From positions 1 to 63,972 of the forward strand of contig JBGTMQ010000012.1 of NCBI GenBank assembly GCA_041743505.1: DNA of 63,972 nucleotides, in the 5' to 3' direction. Origin of the DNA: Candidatus Saccharimonadia bacterium (GTDB lineage: Bacteria > Patescibacteriota > Saccharimonadia > UBA4664). Positions 1-8,217 of this stretch are shown in pieces. Under the pieces are notes generated by a model that saw only the letters and a program-made list of their open reading frames with translations, did no database searches and was not told the origin of the DNA. The translations under genes and the position numbers were made by a program. Positions within the stretch are counted from its first letter, which is position 1. Each line of letters opens with the position of its first letter.

Positions 1-40
1 GCTCCACCCGCTGGTCGCGGGTAAGATGTGTGTAGGGCAC
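1..40 (-). CDS. possible 5' end of an IS30-family-like transposase gene (partial, runs off the left edge)
   Basis: GTG at 38-40 is preceded by AGGAG (48-52, 7-nt spacing). The 13 visible codons read MPYTHLTRDQRVE, resembling the xYxHLTxxERxxI N-terminus of IS30-type transposases. Far too short to be sure. Confidence 0.25.
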   Translation of the reverse strand, partial: MPYTHLTRDQRVE

Positions 41-150
41 CGTGTATCTCCTGTTTACTGGAAGTTTTTCCAATTACCAGTCTACAGACACGGTGTCCGC
101 ATTTATTTCAGGGGGCGTTGCACTTCGGGGTGGAATGCAAGTATTAATCC

Positions 151-179
151 TTGACTTAATTGATTTTTTGTGTTATTGT
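151..179 (+). promoter_or_regulatory. putative sigma70-type promoter for 234..647
   Basis: TTGACT (151-156), 17-nt spacer, TATTGT (174-179). Confidence 0.3.
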
Positions 180-233
180 TAATAAGCTAGCTTGGGATTA
201 AGCGCCCTAGTACCCCTCCGGAAGGAATCTGAC

Positions 234-647
234 ATGGCAGAGAATACCCCATCACCTGTAGCAAACGGCGACAAGCCGGCAATGCCTCTTGGCAAAGCCG
301 TGAGGACCCTCTTGAAGTGGGGCCTAGTGGTCAACCTGATCATCGCGGTGGTCATCGTCTTGGCTAACGCCAGCGTCTTGAATGCGCTGGCTGGCGCGGC
401 GAACTACGACGGCGCCGGCAAGTGGGTTGCCCTTATCATGAGCAGCCTTGTGTCGCTTGGATTCTGGGTGTTCTTCCTCTTTTTCTTCGAGTTTGTACTC
501 GGGGCGATCGGCATGACACTCTACATGATTTTCAGCGGTGCATGGACCGGCAAGGCCGGTTCGAAGGCCCAGCCAAGCGCGGCTGCGGATGCTCCGTCGC
601 AGACGGCCAGCCCTCAGACGACCACCAGGTCCGATGACGCAGTCTGA
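234..647 (+). CDS. hypothetical membrane protein with Pro/Ala/Ser-rich C-terminal tail
   Basis: ORF track 192..647. ATG at 234 is preceded by GGAAGG. Hydrophobic helices LVVNLIIAVVIVLA and GFWVFFLFFFEFVLGAIGMTLYMIF. Followed by hairpin terminators. Confidence 0.6.
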   Translation: MAENTPSPVANGDKPAMPLGKAVRTLLKWGLVVNLIIAVVIVLANASVLNALAGAANYDGAGKWVALIMSSLVSLGFWVFFLFFFEFVLGAIGMTLYMIFSGAWTGKAGSKAQPSAAADAPSQTASPQTTTRSDDAV

Positions 648-708
648 AAATTCTTCCGGGTAGCTCGTTACTGAGCAGACCGGTCCCGGCATTTATGCTG
701 GGACCGGA

Positions 709-758
709 CCCGTCCCAATAGCTCAACTGTAGGTTGAGAGACTGGGACGGGTTTTTTT
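709..758 (+). terminator. rho-independent terminator
   Basis: Stem CCCGTCCCA (709-717) / TGGGACGGG (743-751) followed by T7. A second hairpin lies at 680-707. Confidence 0.6.
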
Positions 759-766
759 GCCAATTG

Positions 767-1567
767 TCAGCCTCGCCGGTAGGGATTGGGTGGCGGCTGG
801 CAGTGGGGGCAATAGATGGTGGCGCTGCCGCCGAGGGAGCGGCCGGTTAGTGGGCTGTGGCAACGCGGGCAGATATGATCGGTGCGGCGGTGTGGGATGA
901 GCCAGTCGGCTGGAAAGCGGTCGACGTTGGCGTCCAGGGCGATGGCCGTATCGGTGATGCTGCGAGTGAGCTCAAAGAGGAGGCGGCGCTGGGCGTCAGT
1001 GAGTGAATCGAGCTTAGTGTTGGGGTGAAGTTTGGCTTGCCAGAGAACTTCGTCGGCGTATTTGCCGCCGATACCGGCAACGACTTTTTGGTCCATCAGG
1101 ACATCGCGGACGCCGCGTTTTTTGCGGGCAAGGGTGGTGGTGAAATAATCCGGTTTGGTGTCGAGCAGGTCGGGGCCGAGGCTTTTTTCGGCTTTAAGGT
1201 CGTCGAATCTGCGGACGTAGACTTTGCCGAGATGGCGCTGGTCGCTGAGAACGAGGCGCCGGCCGTCACTGAAATGGATGACGAAGGCAGTGTAGCGCGG
1301 GAGTTCGTCGTCGGGCGTGAGGAGGTGCAATTTGCCGGTGAGGCCGAGATGAACGATGAATTGCTCGGGGGCGCCGGTGTCCAAGATAAACCATTTGCCA
1401 TAGCGGTCGATGCTGGTAATGGTGGCTTTGATGAGGAGATGCTCGAGGGCCTCGGTGTCGGCGCGGACGACGCGAAAATCCACCGGCTCGATCCGGGTAA
1501 TGGGCCGGCCGATGATTTCGGGCGAAAGTTGGTGCTTATAGACTTCAAGTTCGGGTAATGATGGCAT
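767..1567 (-). CDS. Fpg/Nei-family DNA glycosylase/AP lyase
   Basis: 266 aa. N-terminal MPSLPELE (Fpg/Nei PELPEVE-like) and C-terminal zinc finger CPRC-x16-CPHC. Confidence 0.8.
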   Translation of the reverse strand: MPSLPELEVYKHQLSPEIIGRPITRIEPVDFRVVRADTEALEHLLIKATITSIDRYGKWFILDTGAPEQFIVHLGLTGKLHLLTPDDELPRYTAFVIHFSDGRRLVLSDQRHLGKVYVRRFDDLKAEKSLGPDLLDTKPDYFTTTLARKKRGVRDVLMDQKVVAGIGGKYADEVLWQAKLHPNTKLDSLTDAQRRLLFELTRSITDTAIALDANVDRFPADWLIPHRRTDHICPRCHSPLTGRSLGGSATIYCPHCQPPPNPYRRG

Positions 1568-1928
1568 GATGCTATTTTATAGCAATACGAAACATAATTG
1601 TGCCCCGCTCAAAATTTTCGAACGGGGCAAGGTTTACCAGCCGTAGAAGCCGATATTGATATTGGAGGCCCGGTGGAGCAACCATCGCTGGTGTTCGAGC
1701 TGATCGTTGGTGATTTGGTCGTCTGTGAAAAAAAGATGGCCCGACATAGCAGGTCGACGCCGCGAAATACCGGGCCGATGTCCTTGAGGTTGTGAAGGTG
1801 ATGGACTAGGTTATTTAAGCTGTTTTATGAATGTTTGTCTAATGGGTTGGTTGGATCGGGCTCTTGTGAGGGGTTTTTGTTTCCTTTTAAGTATGGGTAG
1901 TGCGCAAAGTGGGGTGCGTGGCTTGAGA

Positions 1929-3689
1929 CTACCAGCCTCCCCCGCCGCCACCGCCACCTCCGCCGCCGGCCGAGCCGCCTGAACCGGAGCTGGAGGGAGC
2001 GGTAAAGCTGGCTGCACTGGCGGTACTGAACCCGGCAATGGAGCCGGCAAAGTAGCCGGCATTGAAGCTGGAAGTGCCTGAATACCAGCCGGGATCATGT
2101 TGGTAGAGAGCGGCAAATTCTTTGGCCCAATCTTTTTCGATGCCAAACAGCATGGCGAACGGCAACAATTTTTCGTAGAGCTTGACGAGGGCAGTGTTAT
2201 CGGTGGTATCGATTTTTTCGGTCAGTTTGCCATGTGGGCTTTGGAGTACTTTGATGCGGTCGGCTTCGGCCAGTTGCATGTAGAGCTTGAGGCCGAGGAG
2301 GTACTCGCGGAGCAAAACACCTTTGGCGGTGCGAGCGGGCATGACTTGGGCTGCGATCAGCAAAATAGCGCCGGCGGCAATGACTCCAACACTGTAGGGC
2401 AGCATGAAGAAGCCGAGAATTCCGAGGCCAGATCCGGCCAGGTAGAATGGAAACTTAGCTTTGGACGGCTTGAAGAGGAAGTAGCCGGTAGACGTGAGCC
2501 GCGTGGAGACATCGTCGCCGATGGTGGCCGCGCCCTCGTGGAGCTTGTTCTTGAGAGATTCAAGGCTGACGCGTTTGCCGACGGTGAGGCCGCCTTCAAA
2601 GAGTAGGTTGAGCACGGCTGTTTCTTCGGTGCGCAGGCCGTCGGGAGCGCGGACGAGTTCGACTTCGTAGGTGGTTTGATCGTGCAGGAATTTTTTGATT
2701 TTGGTTTCGTAGATTTTGAGATAGCGGCGGACGGCCAAGTCGATGATCTGGGCGGAGATGGCTTTGGGCTCAAATGATTCGCGCAGGATCACGCTAGAGG
2801 CGATGACGCTGACGTCTTTGGGTGGCGTGTATTCGGCGATGATTGTTCCCCGGCCGGCCGGATCACGGCCGGTGCGCCGCCAGCGGTGGGTGACGAAGCC
2901 GAGCGCGAGTAGTGGCGGCAGAATACCCAGAAACACGATGCGGGCGATGTGGCTGATGAGTTCGGCCCGGGGCACCGTGTAGGCGGCAAATGTGCCAGGC
3001 GCAAAACCGAGTTCGTAGGTTAGCGTCTCGCCGGGATGGAGCGGCCGGGTGGTGGTGAACGTGATGGCGTGCCCGTTGCTAGCAGTGGGTTTCGTGACGG
3101 TGCAATCGCTGGTGGTGCTGCCGCGAGCGCCGGTGAAGCAGCGGGTGCGATCCGCCGTGAGAGCGGCGGCCAGCTCTAGCGTGAGGTGGACACGGGCTGT
3201 AACCGCGCCGAAGACTTGTTGCCACTGGTCGCCGTTGACGTCCCAGAAGTGAGCGTCGTAGCCGGCCTCGGGTTTGGTGGTGACATTGGCCATAGTGTAG
3301 CTAATGTTGTAGGTCTGGCGGCCGTGGACGTAGCGGTCGGCATCACCGATCTTGAGCACCAGATTGTTGTTGTCGGAACTAATGGAGTAGTTCAGGGCGG
3401 CGTCTTGGGCGCCGGTGACCTTATTAACCAGCAGGCTGACTCCGTGGTTGTCGTAGGTCTCAGGGATGGCTCGCAGTAGCCCATGGTTTTGGTCGGAATT
3501 CGGGAACTCGGCGACAATGCGCTCATTAACCCGAAGCTGGCTGATGTGCTGGGCATCACGGGACAGATAGTAATCGGCTTCGAATACTGGAATGGTGAAG
3601 TCTTGCACGCCGGCCTGAGCCGAGCCATGTGGTAGGGCAGCCAGCATGAGGGCGGCGAGGAGAAATTGGGCGATGCGGTGGAGTTTCAT
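1929..3689 (-). CDS. DUF2207-type membrane protein with poly-Gly C-terminus
   Basis: 586 aa. Signal peptide (LAALMLAALPHGSAQA), extracellular domain with HGLLRAIPETY motif, several TM helices, C-terminal SGGSAGGGGGGGGGGGW typical of DUF2207 proteins. Confidence 0.7.
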   Translation of the reverse strand: MKLHRIAQFLLAALMLAALPHGSAQAGVQDFTIPVFEADYYLSRDAQHISQLRVNERIVAEFPNSDQNHGLLRAIPETYDNHGVSLLVNKVTGAQDAALNYSISSDNNNLVLKIGDADRYVHGRQTYNISYTMANVTTKPEAGYDAHFWDVNGDQWQQVFGAVTARVHLTLELAAALTADRTRCFTGARGSTTSDCTVTKPTASNGHAITFTTTRPLHPGETLTYELGFAPGTFAAYTVPRAELISHIARIVFLGILPPLLALGFVTHRWRRTGRDPAGRGTIIAEYTPPKDVSVIASSVILRESFEPKAISAQIIDLAVRRYLKIYETKIKKFLHDQTTYEVELVRAPDGLRTEETAVLNLLFEGGLTVGKRVSLESLKNKLHEGAATIGDDVSTRLTSTGYFLFKPSKAKFPFYLAGSGLGILGFFMLPYSVGVIAAGAILLIAAQVMPARTAKGVLLREYLLGLKLYMQLAEADRIKVLQSPHGKLTEKIDTTDNTALVKLYEKLLPFAMLFGIEKDWAKEFAALYQHDPGWYSGTSSFNAGYFAGSIAGFSTASAASFTAPSSSGSGGSAGGGGGGGGGGGW

Positions 3690-3733
3690 GGGTTTATGAT
3701 AGCAAAACCAGCGTAATGGACTAAAATTATGTT

Positions 3734-4183
3734 ATGAGCTCAGACAAGCACCCCTTATCTCAGCAAGAATTCGAAACCATTTATTCAAAGGTTCCGCGTC
3801 TGACAGTTGAAATAATCCTCGCCAACGAGCAGGGAGTGTATCTAACGAAGCGGAGCATTGAGCCATGCCGTGGCCTGTGGCATTTACCGGGCGGAACTGT
3901 CCGGTTCGGTGAGCCGCTAGTTGAAGCGGTAAAGCGGATTGCGGCCCGTGAGTTGGGTATTAATGTTTCAAGCTCTGAATTGCTTGGCTACATTGAATAT
4001 CCGAGCCACTACCTCAAAGGACTAGATAGTCCGGTGGGTATTGCGTTCAAGGTGGCATCCTATGAAGGTAAGGTAATAGCAAACGTAGAAGCTGAGGATA
4101 GCGACTGGTTTAGCGAGTTGCCCGAGGTGATACATGAAGAGCAACGGCAGTTTCTATGTCAACACTCTTTGATAAAGGCTTAG
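3734..4183 (+). CDS. NUDIX hydrolase, GDP-mannose mannosyl hydrolase (Gmm/WcaH)-like
   Basis: 149 aa. WHLPGGTVRFGEPLVEAVKRIAARELGI matches the modified Nudix box of the Gmm family ([28 protein letters not shown] in E. coli, from memory). Confidence 0.7.
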   Translation: MSSDKHPLSQQEFETIYSKVPRLTVEIILANEQGVYLTKRSIEPCRGLWHLPGGTVRFGEPLVEAVKRIAARELGINVSSSELLGYIEYPSHYLKGLDSPVGIAFKVASYEGKVIANVEAEDSDWFSELPEVIHEEQRQFLCQHSLIKA

Positions 4184-4228
4184 TCCGACATTAGAGACCT
4201 CAGCTTTGCTGATAACAAAAAAGTAACA

Positions 4229-4268
4229 GCCGGGTGGCCCAGACGAAATGTCTGAAGGGCCACCCGGC
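4229..4268. terminator. bidirectional hairpin between convergent genes
   Basis: Stem GCCGGGTGGCCC (4229-4240) / GGGCCACCCGGC (4257-4268). A related hairpin recurs at 7061-7100. Confidence 0.55.
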
Positions 4269-4289
4269 TTGGATGCGTCTCGGTTACTG

Positions 4290-4868
4290 CTAGTCAGCGC
4301 TGGTGAATTCCGCCTCACGGGCTTGGGCCACTTCCGGCTGGTCCGGGAAGGTGATGCTGTTTATCGCCTGACCGTGCTTGAGACCGGCGCGAAGCTGGTC
4401 GTACCAGGTGGTGAGCTGGTGAAGGAACGGCGTTGCGGGTCGGGGGCTGTCGGTCGGGTCAAGCACAAAGAGCCTGACTCGGATATTTTGTATCATCCAC
4501 CCGTCGACGATTTCGGTGTTGACCCGCGCCCGGACATCGGCGATGATGCCTAGTCCTACCTCAATCTGCTCACTGTAGCCACCATCACGGGCGTTGGTGA
4601 CCGGCGAGCTGTGGTTGACCAGGATGAGCGAACGAAGTGGCACATTGTCCCAGCCGGATGGCAGTTCCTCGGGGATGCCGTGAATTAGCTGCACCACAGA
4701 GTCTTGGGTGCTGGTTTGCTGCATCTGGAAGGTGTGGCCACCGAATTCCTGGAACAGCGCGAGGTTGCTCTGATAGCTGAGGAGCTTTTTCAGGGTAGCC
4801 TGGAGCTCTGCGCTCCTCCACCAGTTGGGCTCGACGACAACGGCAGTGTGATGGTTGTTATTGGTCAT
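4290..4868 (-). CDS. hypothetical protein (family C, single copy in the paralogue array)
   Basis: 192-aa ORF with its own TTGACA-17-TACAAT promoter, a long structured leader and a downstream hairpin. No recognisable motif. Confidence 0.6.
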   Translation of the reverse strand: MTNNNHHTAVVVEPNWWRSAELQATLKKLLSYQSNLALFQEFGGHTFQMQQTSTQDSVVQLIHGIPEELPSGWDNVPLRSLILVNHSSPVTNARDGGYSEQIEVGLGIIADVRARVNTEIVDGWMIQNIRVRLFVLDPTDSPRPATPFLHQLTTWYDQLRAGLKHGQAINSITFPDQPEVAQAREAEFTSAD

Positions 4869-4913
4869 AGCAATACCTTTCTCGATGTGATCAAGACGGG
4901 TCTGGCCGTAGCA

Positions 4914-4968
4914 GTAACGGAGAGCTAGCCAGGCGCAAAATGGCTGTGCCCGGGTAGCTCTCCGTTAC
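4914..4968 (-). promoter_or_regulatory. 14-bp perfect stem-loop in the 5' leader of 4290..4868
   Basis: GTAACGGAGAGCTA (4914-4927) and TAGCTCTCCGTTAC (4955-4968) are perfect inverted repeats 27 nt apart, lying between the predicted -10 box and the start codon. Confidence 0.45.
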
Positions 4969-4994
4969 ATGATTGTAAATGAACGATAACTTCT

Positions 4995-5023
4995 ATTGTA
5001 TCATGTAATTATTATTTTGTCAA
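4995..5023 (-). promoter_or_regulatory. sigma70-type promoter for 4290..4868
   Basis: Minus strand TTGACA (5023-5018), 17-nt spacer, TACAAT (5000-4995). Confidence 0.45.
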
Positions 5024-5042
5024 CTTCTGGAATTAAAAATAG

Positions 5043-5070
5043 GACCCGGCCGGTGAATTCCGGTCGGGTC
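5043..5070 (-). terminator. rho-independent terminator after 5089..5931
   Basis: GC-rich stem GACCCGGCCGG / CCGGTCGGGTC followed on the minus strand by AUUUUUAAUU. A near-identical hairpin lies at 6014-6044. Confidence 0.55.
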
Positions 5071-5088
5071 TAAGGGTTTTGCTGAGAG

Positions 5089-5931
5089 TCACGGCTGGGG
5101 CCAAAGGCCGGTGAGCTGATAGGTGAGGTACCCGGCCAGCAGCTCGTCGCGGCGGGCGGCTTTGATGACGACTTGGCCGACAAGTTCTGCGAGCTGCCAG
5201 GGTACCAAGACCTGGCGTCCCGGCTCTCGTACCTGAGCTGAATATTGGTCTGGACCCGTGCACCAGGGATGCTCCGAGGCATCATGAGTCAGGAACCAAT
5301 TCGTGATGCTTTCGGCCAATAGTTCACGGAAACGGATTTCGGGCAGATCGCTCGCAATTATGCGCAGCTCACCGCCGCGGATAAGCTGGCGCAAATCGCT
5401 CTCCAGTCTGAAAACATATGGGTGGTGGTCGCGTTCGAGCACGTAGGTAGGGCTATCCTCCAGCCGGCCTTGACCCAGCAGTATACCCAACAGCCAGGAG
5501 CCATTGGACTTGCGGACCACGACCGGGCGGCCGATGTGCGGGTTGGCCTCATCGAGCTCCCAGTTGACCAGTTTTACCAGGTCATGATTGTTAGGCATGC
5601 CTTCAAGCCAGTAACGTGTGGTCAGGTTCGTTATGGCTTGGCCGATGCGCAACTCTGGGTATTGCCTGTGATAACGGCGCAGGGCCCGGACAGCTTTGAT
5701 CCAGGCGTCCCGGCGTTGGTTATCGCTAATACCAAACCGGTGGCGGGACAGCCACTCGCCAATGTAGCGCCGAAGGGCTTCGTCACCGACACTTGAGAGG
5801 TCGCGGCTGTTCTCGATGGCCCGGCCGTCAAGGAATTCGGCCAAACTGAGCAAAATGTCACGCTGGCCGAGGCCTTCAAGATAGTTGAGCAGGGCCCGTC
5901 TCTTGTTGGCAATTCCGTTTGTGGTAACCAT
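5089..5931 (-). CDS. hypothetical protein, family B (paralogue of 6064..6912)
   Basis: 280 aa. Aligns along its full length by eye with the 282-aa neighbour (shared AVRALRRY, NPHI, LLAGYL, WP.P). Own promoter and terminator. Confidence 0.65.
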   Translation of the reverse strand: MVTTNGIANKRRALLNYLEGLGQRDILLSLAEFLDGRAIENSRDLSSVGDEALRRYIGEWLSRHRFGISDNQRRDAWIKAVRALRRYHRQYPELRIGQAITNLTTRYWLEGMPNNHDLVKLVNWELDEANPHIGRPVVVRKSNGSWLLGILLGQGRLEDSPTYVLERDHHPYVFRLESDLRQLIRGGELRIIASDLPEIRFRELLAESITNWFLTHDASEHPWCTGPDQYSAQVREPGRQVLVPWQLAELVGQVVIKAARRDELLAGYLTYQLTGLWPQP

Positions 5932-5979
5932 AATTTGCTCCTTGGTCGCTGGTTGTTAAAGAGGCAGCAAAACTTGTTT

Positions 5980-6008
5980 ATTATGTGCGGATTGTGGGTT
6001 TTAGTCAA
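5980..6008 (-). promoter_or_regulatory. sigma70-type promoter for 5089..5931
   Basis: Minus strand TTGACT (6008-6003), 17-nt spacer, CATAAT (5985-5980). Confidence 0.4.
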
Positions 6009-6013
6009 GGATA

Positions 6014-6044
6014 AGGCCCGGCCGGTGGATTCCGGTCGGGCCTT
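6014..6044 (-). terminator. hairpin after 6064..6912
   Basis: Stem AAGGCCCGGCCGG / CCGGTCGGGCCTT. Weak U-tract. Confidence 0.4.
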
Positions 6045-6063
6045 GAGGTTTTGCTGGGAGAGG

Positions 6064-6912
6064 CTAGTGCTCGGACGGCTCGGGCCAAGCGTCGGTGACG
6101 AGGTAGATCAAGTACCCGGCTAGTAGGTCGTCGCCGTCGGCGATATCTATCGCCACGTTATAGGCGAGCTGCTTGAGGTGAGCCGGGATTTCGACGTAAA
6201 GTCCAATCCTGATTCGATTAGTGTAGTCGTACCTGTCTGAGCACCAGGTAGGTTCACCATGAGCTGCGAACCGGTTCGTGATCTCCTCGGCCAAGGCACG
6301 GCGGAATTGGCTGACCCGCTTATATTCGTGCGGGGTGAGAATGAGCACTTCGCCACCGCCGATGATGTGGCGCAGGTCGTCTTCGAGGTAAAAGGGAGCC
6401 GCATACCGGCCAAGGTCAATCTGGTAGAACGGCGTCTTGCCGGACTGACCTTGGTTTTGGAGCCAGCCTATAGCCCAGGGACACTCGGCGATGCGCACCA
6501 CAATATGGCGCTGGATGTGAGGATTTGTCCCGTCGAGGATCCAACCCACGAGCTGGACGAACTCCACGTTGGTAGGCAGGGCCTCGCCTTGGTGGCGCTT
6601 CAGAATATCTTCGACCGCTTCGCCAATGCGGCAACCCGGGCGGGCATTGAGGTACCGGCGCAGGGCGCGCACGGCGTTACCCCATTGGCCAAAACACAGC
6701 GAGCTGCCGCTACGAACGCTCTGCTTATAGAGCCAGGCGTCGACGTAGCGACGCATTGTTTCATCGGTGACGTAGTACAGCCCGCGGCCGTTTTCTTTGG
6801 CTCGGTCCCTCAGGACCTGAGCCAGACTGTCCGGCGTGTCGTGGAGACCGATGTACTCGAGGTGCTCGAGCAGGTTTGGGGTCGTGGTGCTCTTTTCGGC
6901 GGTGTGCGCCAT
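6064..6912 (-). CDS. hypothetical protein, family B (paralogue of 5089..5931)
   Basis: 282 aa; see the paralogue at 5089..5931. Own TTGACC-17-TATAAT promoter. Confidence 0.65.
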   Translation of the reverse strand: MAHTAEKSTTTPNLLEHLEYIGLHDTPDSLAQVLRDRAKENGRGLYYVTDETMRRYVDAWLYKQSVRSGSSLCFGQWGNAVRALRRYLNARPGCRIGEAVEDILKRHQGEALPTNVEFVQLVGWILDGTNPHIQRHIVVRIAECPWAIGWLQNQGQSGKTPFYQIDLGRYAAPFYLEDDLRHIIGGGEVLILTPHEYKRVSQFRRALAEEITNRFAAHGEPTWCSDRYDYTNRIRIGLYVEIPAHLKQLAYNVAIDIADGDDLLAGYLIYLVTDAWPEPSEH

Positions 6913-6960
6913 GGTTGCTCCCGGGTAGTAGCGATGTCAATTTGCAGCAAAACTTATGTT

Positions 6961-6989
6961 ATTATACACCAATTTTGCTTATTGGTCAA
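6961..6989 (-). promoter_or_regulatory. sigma70-type promoter for 6064..6912
   Basis: Minus strand TTGACC (6989-6984), 17-nt spacer, TATAAT (6966-6961). Confidence 0.45.
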
Positions 6990-7003
6990 TGCTATTTGTA
7001 TAG

Positions 7004-7060
7004 CTATACCTCGTACAGCTCGAGCGGGGGGGGTTGTCGGGATCATAGAAAAAGAAATCG
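7004..7060 (-). pseudogene. remnant of the 3' end of a VOC/glyoxalase gene (copy 3, frameshifted)
   Basis: The minus strand reads DFFFYDPDNPP, then after a frameshift PLELYEV-stop. The intact gene at 9226..9612 ends FFYDPDKTPLELYEA-stop. An 8-G homopolymer run (7026-7033) sits at the frameshift. Confidence 0.6.
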
Positions 7061-7100
7061 CCGGGTGACCCAGACTCAAACCGTCTGTGGGGCCACCCGG
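7061..7100 (-). terminator. hairpin after 7111..8046
   Basis: Stem CCGGGTGACC / GGCCACCCGG, related to the hairpin at 4229-4268. Confidence 0.45.
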
Positions 7101-7110
7101 CCGGGTTCAT

Positions 7111-8046
7111 TTACCAACCAGTGGCAGGTAGGTGGATCGTGGGTAGCTGGTCGAGTAACCAGGCTCTATGCTCGCGGGCCGGCTGAGCAGGCTCATCTTT
7201 CTTCTGCAACCACCGGCCAAGCTTCAACAGCTCCGGACCCACGAACTCTTCCAGCGTGCGTCGGCGTTCACCGGTATCGCCGCCCGTTTTTACTTGCTCG
7301 TGCAACGTCTTCGCGGACCAAACCCCGATCAAGCCGGCTAGAGCGGCTGTTTGGGTGTCCGAATATCCACGGTAGGCTGCTGTCATGATCATAGATCGTA
7401 GATCGCGGGTAGCCTCATAGCGACCAAAGCTTTCCTCGTCAAGTTCCAGGCAATCCAGCATCTGCTGGAAAAGTTTACCGAGTTTTCGCGAGGCCAGAGA
7501 GGATTCAAGGCTGTCGAGCCCCTGAGCCGCTTTATTTAAGGCATGGTCGTAAATCTCGAATAAATTGAAGGCTGCGTGGAGCGAGTAGCAGGAGAGGAAA
7601 GTCTTGAGGGTGGCGTAAGCCAGATCGGCTATATCATCAGGGTGGCAGGCATCGGCTCTCTCGGATGTGGTTCCGATAAGGCCTATTGTGTGGGCATTGC
7701 CGCTCGCGTTAACGAGTGACCGAATGAAGCCGGAGCGCGTTGTACTGTACTCTTCAGGTGGTAGCCTGAGCTGCGTCCGCACAACCCCGGCACTTACATC
7801 CAGATAGCTATGAGCTTCCTGAAGTTCGTTGGATTCCGCACCAAGCTGGTCAAGATGGTCAGTTGTTAAATGTCGGCCCTCTACCACACAGAAGGCCCGG
7901 GCCAGACAATCGATCCCACTGAAGACCGATCCGTAGAAGCCGCCTGGGGGTACAAAGACTGATTCCGAAGCAATGACCCAGGGCCGCTTACCAATGCGGT
8001 AGAGTAAGGCTTCGGCCCGCCCGAACAGTTTGTGCACGCTCATCAC
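7111..8046 (-). CDS. hypothetical protein, family A (paralogue of 8218..9144)
   Basis: 311 aa, collinear with the 308-aa neighbour (LF.RAEAL, RPWVI, GID.LAR.FC, LVNAS.NAHT.G, RADAC.PD, DLAYATL, LFQQML, WLLD.LPTI, GW-stop). Own TTGACA-17-TTTAAT promoter. Confidence 0.65.
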   Translation of the reverse strand: MMSVHKLFGRAEALLYRIGKRPWVIASESVFVPPGGFYGSVFSGIDCLARAFCVVEGRHLTTDHLDQLGAESNELQEAHSYLDVSAGVVRTQLRLPPEEYSTTRSGFIRSLVNASGNAHTIGLIGTTSERADACHPDDIADLAYATLKTFLSCYSLHAAFNLFEIYDHALNKAAQGLDSLESSLASRKLGKLFQQMLDCLELDEESFGRYEATRDLRSMIMTAAYRGYSDTQTAALAGLIGVWSAKTLHEQVKTGGDTGERRRTLEEFVGPELLKLGRWLQKKDEPAQPAREHRAWLLDQLPTIHLPATGW

Positions 8047-8081
8047 ATCCTTGGGTTGTGAAGGTGGGGCTGGACTAGGTA

Positions 8082-8110
8082 ATTAAACTTGTTTTGCGAT
8101 TAACTGTCAA
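8082..8110 (-). promoter_or_regulatory. sigma70-type promoter for 7111..8046
   Basis: Minus strand TTGACA (8110-8105), 17-nt spacer, TTTAAT (8087-8082). Same architecture as 9180-9208. Confidence 0.45.
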
Positions 8111-8125
8111 TTGTATTATGAGGTT

Positions 8126-8180
8126 TTATGCCTCGTATAGCTCGAGCGGGGTTTTGTCGGATCGTAGAGAAGAAAATGCC
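8126..8180 (-). pseudogene. remnant of the 3' end of a VOC/glyoxalase gene (copy 2)
   Basis: The minus strand reads FSSLRSDKTPLELYEA-stop, the same C-terminus as the intact VOC gene (DKTPLELYEA-stop). It forms the tail of the otherwise implausible ORF 8126..8317. Confidence 0.6.
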
Positions 8181-8217
8181 CCGAAGCTCAAATATTTCGA
8201 GTTTCGAGGGCACCGTT

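Noticed and set aside
1598-1795. 65-aa plus ORF between the glycosylase and DUF2207 genes, and an alternative 37-aa minus ORF (1634..1747, MSGHLFFTDDQITNDQLEHQRWLLHRASNINIGFYGW) followed by a hairpin at 1601-1632
   Set aside because: The plus ORF has no RBS or terminator. The 37-aa minus ORF is more plausible because of its ATG and downstream hairpin, but it has no clear RBS or recognisable motif. The support is insufficient to call it.
1929-1980. Run of GCC/ACC/CCC codons (poly-Gly on the minus strand) as a possible G-quadruplex or regulatory element
   Set aside because: It encodes the poly-Gly C-terminus characteristic of DUF2207 proteins.
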